64,000 bases of DNA from a virus, in the IMG/VR virus record IMGVR_UViG_3300034101_006340, positions 121,115-185,114 of that record; one strand, 5' to 3'. Both the position numbers and the translations under genes were made by a program. The notes under the pieces were generated by a model, which ran no database searches, was not told the origin of the DNA, and worked only from the letters and a program-made list of their open reading frames with translations. This document shows positions 57,478 to 63,708 of this stretch, piece after piece. Within the stretch, counting starts at the first letter, position 1; each line of letters opens with the position of its first letter.

Positions 57478-57684
57478 ATGAGAAAGCTAAGCAAAACGGA
57501 AATTGCTGATTTGGAGTTTGACGCTGATCTTATGGGTTATAGGGTGGTCTATCTGCCAAAACCACTTGACGAGAATCATTTCGTGTTGTATCGTAAAGAG
57601 CCAGTGTTGACTCATATCGGACACTATCGTAATCTTATCAAGGTTCGACAGGCTATGCAGGATAACTACGTTAGTCCTAGCTAA
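57478..57684 (+). CDS. Early hypothetical protein (68 aa)
   Basis: AAGGAG RBS, behind element 4. Confidence 0.65.
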   Translation: MRKLSKTEIADLEFDADLMGYRVVYLPKPLDENHFVLYRKEPVLTHIGHYRNLIKVRQAMQDNYVSPS

Positions 57685-57781
57685 CCCTACGGGTTTGGCT
57701 GGTGTGGCTTTAGTCAGCCTAAAGTTTTGACTCTTGACAAGACGATATATTATAGTAAACTGATGCAGGAAAGGGAGACTT

Positions 57782-57952
57782 ATGGTAACTCTGCTGTTTA
57801 CGATTGCTGGTGTAAGTGGTTTATTTTTATTTAGTGAGATTCTTGCTAAGATTTGCAGGGATCTCAACGAATATAATACTATGAAGCAAAGAGGATTTAT
57901 GCGTATGAAGGATGATAAGGGCGAAGATTTCTGGGTAGGTTACGGGGATTGA
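57782..57952 (+). CDS. 56-aa membrane-anchored micro-protein
   Basis: MVTLLFTIAGVSGLFLFSEILAKI..., GGGAG RBS, promoter 57734. Confidence 0.55.
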   Translation: MVTLLFTIAGVSGLFLFSEILAKICRDLNEYNTMKQRGFMRMKDDKGEDFWVGYGD

Positions 57953-58156
57953 CTCTAATTATAGGAGAACACGGATGTTTGAAATTGATTTTGTTAGTGT
58001 TGTACTTGGTTATATTCTCGGGGTTATACTTTGTTATAATACTGCACCTCTCTTTTTTATGGAGAAGAATGATGAGGATAAGTGATCTGATTTTGTGGAG
58101 TGTGGCTTTTATTTGTGGCTGTACGGCTACATATCTAATGAATTAAAACTGTTCGA

Positions 58157-58238
58157 TGTAACCCATTGCCACTAAACAACTTAGGGCAAAATGGGCCGGC
58201 CGAATTTTTCCTAAGTCTTTATCTATCAACAACTTACG
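58157..58238. repeat. 82-bp double-dyad element, copy 5
   Basis: tgtaacccatt-gccacta-aacaacttagg / 24 (central GGCCGGCC) / cctaagtcttt-atctatc-aacaacttacg. Confidence 0.9.
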
Positions 58239-58315
58239 TCTAAAGATTTTTTCTAATTTTTTTTCTTGACATTACCGATCTATAGAGTAGAATCAAGAAA
58301 ACGAAGGAGATAAAG

Positions 58316-58555
58316 ATGCTCGACGGATATAAGAAAACCTATACGTTTGGCAATGGTTACGGAGCCAGCGTTGTTTGCAATCGGCACACCTATGGTGGCG
58401 ACAGGGGGTTTTTTGAGGTTGCTGTGCTAGACATGGCCGGAGAGATTGTGTACGATACTTCTGTGACTAGCGATGTGATCGGATGGCTTGATTTTGATGG
58501 TGTTGCTAAGACGCTGCAAGCAATCCAGAATCTTCCAAAAAAGACTAATGTTTGA
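58316..58555 (+). CDS. Early hypothetical protein (79 aa; FGNGYGASVV...FFEVAVL)
   Basis: AAGGAG RBS, behind element 5. Confidence 0.7.
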   Translation: MLDGYKKTYTFGNGYGASVVCNRHTYGGDRGFFEVAVLDMAGEIVYDTSVTSDVIGWLDFDGVAKTLQAIQNLPKKTNV

Positions 58556-58592
58556 CTTGACAAGCGTCGATCTATAGTATAGGATTTGAAGC

Positions 58593-58730
58593 ATGACTGA
58601 AAACGAAATCGAGATGTGGGCTACGCTAGCCATCTGGTTTATTGGTGGATGGTTTGTAGGTTCTACCGTTGGTTGGTATGCCTTTCTTTACGCTTTTAAA
58701 CTGTTTGACGATTATCTGCACAGGAACTAA
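58593..58730 (+). CDS. 45-aa membrane micro-protein
   Basis: MTENEIEMWATLAIWFIGGWFVGSTVGWYAFLYAF..., promoter 58557. Confidence 0.5.
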   Translation: MTENEIEMWATLAIWFIGGWFVGSTVGWYAFLYAFKLFDDYLHRN

Positions 58731-58817
58731 AATGGACGCTCTGATTGGTTTAAGTTTTGTTGTTGCTTACGCTGGTTTTTTCTACTGCACTGTCTCTCTT
58801 TACGAAAAGGGTTGAAT

Positions 58818-59126
58818 ATGACTCACGCCGAAGCTGTTACTATGGTTCGTGGTAAGACTAACCGGACTAGTCGTAAAATTGGTAATAATACTCGTGGATA
58901 TATCGAGTATGATGGTAGTGTTAGTATCGAATTACATAGCACTAAGGTTGTGGTGTTGTATCCGAATGGTCTTGTGAAGTTGCAGACTGGTGGATGGCAA
59001 ACGGTTACTACAAAGGATCGTATCAACCAGTATAGCCCCGTAAGAGTTTACCAAAGAAATTACGAGTGGTTTGTCAAGTTGAATGGCAAAGAATATCCAT
59101 TCATCGAAAATATGGTGGTATCATGA
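58818..59126 (+). CDS. Early hypothetical protein (102 aa; LQTGGWQTVTTKDRIN)
   Basis: Track ORF with start trimmed. Confidence 0.7.
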   Translation: MTHAEAVTMVRGKTNRTSRKIGNNTRGYIEYDGSVSIELHSTKVVVLYPNGLVKLQTGGWQTVTTKDRINQYSPVRVYQRNYEWFVKLNGKEYPFIENMVVS

Positions 59127-59320
59127 AAAATATCAACCAGATTATTAGATCATTGCAAAAGGCAGGATTTAAAGTAGAGTTTGGTAATGGTAGTTTGGTA
59201 AAGCTATATCCTGTGGATTCGACTCAGCCATTCTATTCGTTGCATATTGGTGAACGCGCTATTCATCCGTTGAAGAGATTTGCAAAGAAAAATTGGAATA
59301 TCGAGTTGAATAAACTGTGA
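59123..59320 (+). CDS. HicA-like fold protein (65 aa)
   Basis: IIRSLQKAGF.V..GNGSLVKLYP...YSLHIG pattern, ATGA-coupled to the previous gene. Confidence 0.45.
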   Translation: MKNINQIIRSLQKAGFKVEFGNGSLVKLYPVDSTQPFYSLHIGERAIHPLKRFAKKNWNIELNKL

Positions 59321-59384
59321 CTTGACAAGTAGTTTTTTTGTGGTATGCTTGGTGTGTCTTCTAACTAATCGAAAGGAAAAGAAA

Positions 59385-59786
59385 ATGAACGAGTTTGTTA
59401 TTGCTGGTATGGTTTGTTGTGTTGTTGCTGTTGTTGGTTTCATCCTGTTTCATGTGTATCGTGGTACTGCCGATACCCTGAGTAATGCTCGTATTGGTGG
59501 TGTGTATAACTTTCAGTACGAACAGCCAGTAACTGGTGATCCTGAGCGTTTTATGGCTAGGGTTATTAGTGTGCATCGTTTGAGTGCAGATAGTATTCAG
59601 AGACTGAATCGTACTAGCCGTTATCGTAAGCATGACAATCAGTTTGTGCGTACCACACACCTTGTTACTGCACAAACTCCGGATGGTAAGATTCGTAACT
59701 TCTATGCCGAACGTACTAGCAATGTTCGTCGCCCCCTCCTTGGTGGGGCGTTGTTCAAGAGCGGTTTGGCTGCGATGATTTTCTAA
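59385..59786 (+). CDS. Membrane-anchored protein with WYL/SH3-like domain
   Basis: N-terminal hydrophobic helix; YNFQY...LVTAQTPDGKIRNFYAER. Confidence 0.5.
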   Translation: MNEFVIAGMVCCVVAVVGFILFHVYRGTADTLSNARIGGVYNFQYEQPVTGDPERFMARVISVHRLSADSIQRLNRTSRYRKHDNQFVRTTHLVTAQTPDGKIRNFYAERTSNVRRPLLGGALFKSGLAAMIF

Positions 59787-59801
59787 AAACCGGTCGCTCT
59801 T

Positions 59802-59883
59802 CCTAAGTTCTTATACCACAAGGACTTAGGGAGAGTGCGGCCGCAGCATTTTGCTGTAAGTTGTTATTCCACAAGGACTTAGG
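59802..59883. repeat. 82-bp double-dyad element, copy 6
   Basis: cctaagttctt-ataccac-aaggacttagg / 24 (tgcggccgca) / tgtaagttgtt-attccac-aaggacttagg. Confidence 0.95.
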
Positions 59884-59948
59884 ACGACTAAAGTTTTGCT
59901 GTTGACAAGCCGATATTCTATAGTAGAATGATCGAAACGGAGAAAGAG

Positions 59949-60161
59949 ATGAAACCGTATTTGTGGGCTGTGTGGCAACATAATCGTTTGGTCGGTTATG
60001 TTCAATCTTTTAGTGAATGGGACGCTATCAGATATGCTCATTCTAAATATGGTCATGGATTGTATGTAGAAAGATGCCTACATTGTGTACCATCTAATCC
60101 TACGGATTCGGCTAGAGTGGCTGTAGTCAGTCAGAATACGGAGAACAGATATGCTTCATGA
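59949..60161 (+). CDS. Early hypothetical (70 aa), related to 55677 ORF
   Basis: Behind element 6 and promoter 59902. Confidence 0.6.
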   Translation: MKPYLWAVWQHNRLVGYVQSFSEWDAIRYAHSKYGHGLYVERCLHCVPSNPTDSARVAVVSQNTENRYAS

Positions 60162-60348
60162 ATGTACCAAGCAGTTGATTAGGAATCAGGTTGCAGATTT
60201 TGCAGAAAAGTTGATTACCCATGCTATTGAAGGAGATAATGAAGGGTGTTTGCAAGAGATGACATCCTTTTATGAATTCTTTTGCGGGGCCTTGACAGTG
60301 GCTCTCAGGGATGGTAGAAAGAGTGATGAACGAGTAAGCGTCAACTGA
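60151..60348 (+). CDS. Early hypothetical protein (65 aa)
   Basis: GGAG RBS. Confidence 0.55.
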   Translation: MLHECTKQLIRNQVADFAEKLITHAIEGDNEGCLQEMTSFYEFFCGALTVALRDGRKSDERVSVN

Positions 60349-60358
60349 AAGGGAAAAG

Positions 60359-60859
60359 ATGCCTAATTGGTGCCAGAATAATCTGACGATTGAGCATAAT
60401 GATCGGTCTAAGGTTATGGAGTTTGTTCTTGCCTATAAGGAAGGCAAGGTTTGTGACCATTATCTGCCCGTGCCAAGAGATGAGAAGGGTGAGGTTATCA
60501 CAGATGAATCTAGCCCACACTACTGGTATACTTGGTGCATAAATAACTGGGGTACTAAGTGGGATATTGGTAGTGATAATAATGAGGCCCATGGATTGAA
60601 ACCTACCGTTGTGGGTAATCAGGCCACTATGGCTTTTGATAGTGCGTGGAGTCCTCCGGTTGGACTCTACGAAAAGTTGCAAGAACTTGGATTTAGTGTA
60701 GAGGCTACGTATTTTGAGCCGGGTATGGCTTACTGTGGTATCTGGCATGATGGAGACGATCATTATGTTGAGTATACTCATAAGGATATGATTCCTAAGC
60801 GTATTTGGGATGATTATAATCTTAGTGAATTTTTTACTGAAGAGGAGATTGAAACATGA
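60359..60859 (+). CDS. Api92/YubB-like (DUF1281 C-terminal ferredoxin-like) protein
   Basis: MPNWCQN.L...WCINNWGTKWD...FDSAWSPP...YFEPG. Confidence 0.75.
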   Translation: MPNWCQNNLTIEHNDRSKVMEFVLAYKEGKVCDHYLPVPRDEKGEVITDESSPHYWYTWCINNWGTKWDIGSDNNEAHGLKPTVVGNQATMAFDSAWSPPVGLYEKLQELGFSVEATYFEPGMAYCGIWHDGDDHYVEYTHKDMIPKRIWDDYNLSEFFTEEEIET

Positions 60860-61062
60860 GAATGTGGATTAGCGACAAGGAAATGCAGAAGTATCATGAT
60901 GCCGTATCTATGCGATGTGGCGATTATCAGATATGGGATGGAATATCTCTTGACAATATGACTAATGAAGAGTATAAGAAGGGTATTTTAGAGTGCTATC
61001 GTAAGGCTCTCAATGATATTCCTATGCCTAATGAAACCCCAGTAAAAGGATTGGTTGGATGA
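60856..61062 (+). CDS. Early hypothetical protein (68 aa)
   Basis: GAGGAG RBS, ATGA overlap. Confidence 0.6.
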   Translation: MRMWISDKEMQKYHDAVSMRCGDYQIWDGISLDNMTNEEYKKGILECYRKALNDIPMPNETPVKGLVG

Positions 61063-61232
61063 AACCTTGTCCATGTGGCTCTAACAAAAACAGTTGGTGG
61101 GAAAGTGATGCTAGGGGTATTCCACTGGCTAGGGTGTGTGTGGAGTGTAAGGAAAAGAAGTTGAGTAAGTTTAGACCGGAAGTGCTTGCCAACTCAAACT
61201 ACTACGCAGACGAGCCTATCGAAGCCGAATAG
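61059..61232 (+). CDS. 57-aa Zn-finger protein (MKPCPCGS...DARGIPLARVCVEC)
   Basis: Translated by hand. CxC...CxxC motif, ATGA overlap, ends 9 bp before element 7. Confidence 0.65.
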   Translation: MKPCPCGSNKNSWWESDARGIPLARVCVECKEKKLSKFRPEVLANSNYYADEPIEAE

Positions 61233-61241
61233 GTGAATCGC

Positions 61242-61323
61242 TCTAAGTTCTTTGCCCAAGAGGACTTAGGGCGAGTTCGGCCGGCCGGGTTCGTCGTAAG
61301 TTCTTGCGGCTAAACACTTTATG
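61242..61323. repeat. 82-bp double-dyad element, copy 7
   Basis: tctaagttctt-tgcccaa-gaggacttagg / 24 (central GGCCGGCC) / cgtaagttctt-gcggcta-aacactttatg. Confidence 0.9.
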
Positions 61324-61347
61324 ACTTGCTTCATTTTCTGCAACAAC

Positions 61348-61363
61348 TGGCACACGCTTTGCT
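61348..61363 (+). promoter_or_regulatory. sigma54-type site TGGCACACGCTTTGCT
   Basis: GG-N10-GC, here on the plus strand between element 7 and a sigma70 promoter. Confidence 0.6.
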
Positions 61364-61426
61364 CTCTAAAGATTCCCTCTTGACTTGCCGATAAACTATG
61401 CTAGGATAGCAGCACACAGGAGAGAA

Positions 61427-62140
61427 ATGATGAAAACAGCAAATGGTAATGATAAGTTGGGTAAGGAAAACTGCATTGTGGTGAGTCGCCCCGTTGGTGA
61501 TACTTGCCCGCCCGATTGTGATTTTCTCGGAAACGGCTGCTATGCCGAGGACTTGGAAAATATCTATCCCGGTGTGCGTCCTGCTGGTATGCAGAATCTT
61601 ATCACAGAAAAGAATCGTATCCGCTCTATGCTTGTGGATGCGGTCAAGAAAAACAAAGATGTCCGCTGGCATGAGCGTGGCGACTTTTTCAAGGATGGTA
61701 GTCTCGACACCGAGTATGTAGATAACGTACTGTGGGCGTGTGAGAGTATTCTTGCTAGTGGTGGTAGTCTGCCGACTATGTGGGCTTATACCCATATTTA
61801 TGATAGTCGTTTATCTACCGAACTTGGCAAGTATATAAATATGTATGCTAGTATTCATGACGGCGAAGATATGCGACAGGCTAAGGCTGCTGGTTTCAAA
61901 CTGTTTGCATGGTGTGATAGTGATACTAAAATTGCACCGAAGCGTCCGCGTGGTAAGGCTAAAGCCGCAGCGTGGCGAGCAGCGTTGCCGAAACTGGTTG
62001 TACTGGAAGGTGAGAAGTTTATCACTTGCCCGGAAATCCGTCGTGGTCGTGGTGTTGTGACTTGTACACAAACGAAGAATAGTGTACACTGTGACTTGTG
62101 TCCGCGTGGATTGGCTAACGTGCTGTTTCCATCACACTGA
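61427..62140 (+). CDS. Gp88-like (radical-SAM-related) Cys-rich protein
   Basis: TCPPDC......CYA, VRWHERGDF, WAYTH, C-terminal CPE...C....CDLC. Start moved behind promoter 61380 and the AGGAG RBS. Confidence 0.7.
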   Translation: MMKTANGNDKLGKENCIVVSRPVGDTCPPDCDFLGNGCYAEDLENIYPGVRPAGMQNLITEKNRIRSMLVDAVKKNKDVRWHERGDFFKDGSLDTEYVDNVLWACESILASGGSLPTMWAYTHIYDSRLSTELGKYINMYASIHDGEDMRQAKAAGFKLFAWCDSDTKIAPKRPRGKAKAAAWRAALPKLVVLEGEKFITCPEIRRGRGVVTCTQTKNSVHCDLCPRGLANVLFPSH

Positions 62141-62147
62141 GGTTTTT

Positions 62148-62720
62148 ATGTCTGTATATATTGGACAATATGATGATGCTGGAAGCAAAAATGCTTTTTA
62201 CATTATCCCACAACGTAGGTTTGGCAAAAAGCGTATTGGATTCAAAGAGTTTGAAAATAAAAATGAAGCAGACTTTGCGTATAAGATTCAGAGTATTTTA
62301 GCAGATAAAGATTTAGCCCCCAAGGTTTATGGTCAAGTAGGACGAATCCAGAAGTCTGGTTATGATGGTGAATTGACCGGTTATGGATACCTTACAGAAA
62401 TTGCCCGACCTATGGCATACTGTAATGATGAATATTGTGATGGTGAGTGTTATGATAGTGATTGTAGAAATAGTAGTATCATAGCAGATATTGTGGGTAT
62501 GTTAGATTTTTATGGATTGGCTTATAGTGACCATCATCGTGCGAACTTTGGATATGTTCGACGTAATCGACAGTGGATTCCCGTCGTAATAGATGTTGGT
62601 ATTGAAAGTTTTGATGGTTGGGATGAGAGTATTTATGGAGAGTTTCAGTCTGACGACGAAGAAAACTATGGATCGTGCAACTGTGTATGTTGTCGCCAAT
62701 ATGCTAATCCCGAAAGGTAA
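62148..62720 (+). CDS. Protein-kinase-like enzyme
   Basis: IGFKEF (beta3 Lys), LAPKVYG, catalytic-loop YSDHHRANFG and IDVG (DFG-like). Confidence 0.65.
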   Translation: MSVYIGQYDDAGSKNAFYIIPQRRFGKKRIGFKEFENKNEADFAYKIQSILADKDLAPKVYGQVGRIQKSGYDGELTGYGYLTEIARPMAYCNDEYCDGECYDSDCRNSSIIADIVGMLDFYGLAYSDHHRANFGYVRRNRQWIPVVIDVGIESFDGWDESIYGEFQSDDEENYGSCNCVCCRQYANPER

Positions 62721-62723
62721 ATC

Positions 62724-62954
62724 ATGGCTAAATACTATATCAAGTGTGGAACATTGGAACTAATCTACTCATGCAACAAGGCTCCACGATATGCTGCTAT
62801 GGATGCTATATGGGAATTAAATGATAATGATGTGCTAGATGAGCATATCTATTTGGATGAGCGAAGCTATAAAGACTATACTAATGCTGATGGTTTAACT
62901 ACCGTTTTACACACTTCGCATATCTTGAAGGATGCGGGCTGGAGTTTGGAGTAG
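62724..62954 (+). CDS. Early hypothetical protein (76 aa)
   Basis: Track ORF. Its stop lies 1 bp before element 8. Confidence 0.6.
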   Translation: MAKYYIKCGTLELIYSCNKAPRYAAMDAIWELNDNDVLDEHIYLDERSYKDYTNADGLTTVLHTSHILKDAGWSLE

Positions 62955-62955
62955 A

Positions 62956-63037
62956 CCTAAAGCCTTGATCGTAAAGGACTTACGACGAGGCTGGCCGCAG
63001 GATGTTGACGTAAGTGCTTGTGTGATATAGGGTTGCA
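62956..63037. repeat. 82-bp double-dyad element, copy 8
   Basis: cctaaagcctt-gatcgta-aaggacttacg / 24 / cgtaagtgctt-gtgtgat-atagggttgca. Confidence 0.9.
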
Positions 63038-63109
63038 TCAACAGAATTTTTTCCAGAATTCCTATAGAAGCCTCTTGACAAGTGACGATAATACTTGTAG
63101 AATGACAGC

Positions 63110-63530
63110 ACAACACAAACATTCGTGGGCCAATGTAGGGCTAGGTTGGGATAAGCCATTACGATAAACCTACCGTATGCAATGCATCGGAAAGGTTGCC
63201 AACGGGCTTATACGTTGGATAGTAGTGCCAATCTATGGGGGATCGCGTCCTCACCACGACCATACAATCCGGAATTATCCTTCATCGGGTAATAGAGTGA
63301 ATTAACACCGCAACATTACGCTTGCGTTCTATCTTTCATCGGGTAGAATCACTGAAATAACAGCCGGATACCGAACAACCAGTAACCGCTCCCAAGAGCC
63401 AGACCAAAGTGACTGTTGCTAGCAGACTATCACTTTGCAGGGAGGATTTCCGTGGGCGGTTTCCATCCGGTCCTGACAAGGGCAATCGTATGGGTTATAG
63501 GATCGGGGCGTAAATGATCCGCTGGGTTTA
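63110..63530 (+). ncRNA. Candidate large structured ncRNA (~420 nt), family unassigned
   Basis: Directly behind promoter 63075-63103, GC-richer than its surroundings, no ORF of 60 aa or more. Many nested helices and two hairpins with an identical UUCAUC loop. Confidence 0.6.
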
Positions 63531-63546
63531 ATACAAAGGAAAAAGA

Positions 63547-63708
63547 ATGACTAAAGAAGAAGCGATTATTAAAGTTCTCAGGGTTCTAAAGAATCCTATG
63601 ATGATTATGAGTCCTGCCAAGAAAGAGGCATTGACTTTAGCAGAAGAGCATGGTATAACGGTATCAGACTTGATTAGTGAATACGAAAAGATAGCAATGA
63701 GGGTATAA
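63547..63708 (+). CDS. 53-aa hypothetical (MTKEEAIIKVLRVLK...)
   Basis: AAAGGA RBS after the structured region. Confidence 0.55.
   Translation: MTKEEAIIKVLRVLKNPMMIMSPAKKEALTLAEEHGITVSDLISEYEKIAMRV

Larger units (their letters stand above)
52718..63103 (+). promoter_or_regulatory. Family of ~15 sigma70-type early promoters, TTG(A/C)CA-N16-TAGAAT, usually with (C)CGATA in the spacer
   Basis: -35 starts at 52718, 53080, 53518, 54197, 54495, 55620, 56532, 57416, 57734, 58266, 58557, 59322, 59902, 61380 and 63075. Most are followed by a purine-rich leader and a small ORF. Confidence 0.85.

Noticed and set aside
52681-61426. Track N-terminal extensions of early ORFs (52681, 53544, 54227, 56751, 59322, 59928, 61385)
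   Set aside because: The extensions run through promoter or leader sequence. Downstream ATGs have proper RBSs.
54061-63037. 29-bp palindromic repeats read as a CRISPR array
   Set aside because: They occur only as isolated pairs ~0.9-1.7 kb apart and are degenerate in their centres. The 24-bp spacers resemble each other, and no cas genes are present.
54061-63037. Canonical dif/pdif or integron attC identity
   Set aside because: The inner arm ends read TT-N7-AA rather than the dif AA-N6-TT, and there are no RYYYAAC/GTTRRRY boxes. Only the architecture is analogous.
63110-63530. tRNA, tmRNA, RNase P or group I/II intron
   Set aside because: I could not find a T-loop/CCA, tmRNA ends, the RNase P GAGGAAAGUCC motif or a proper domain V. 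The 21-codon ORF starting at 63102 begins inside the -10 hexamer.
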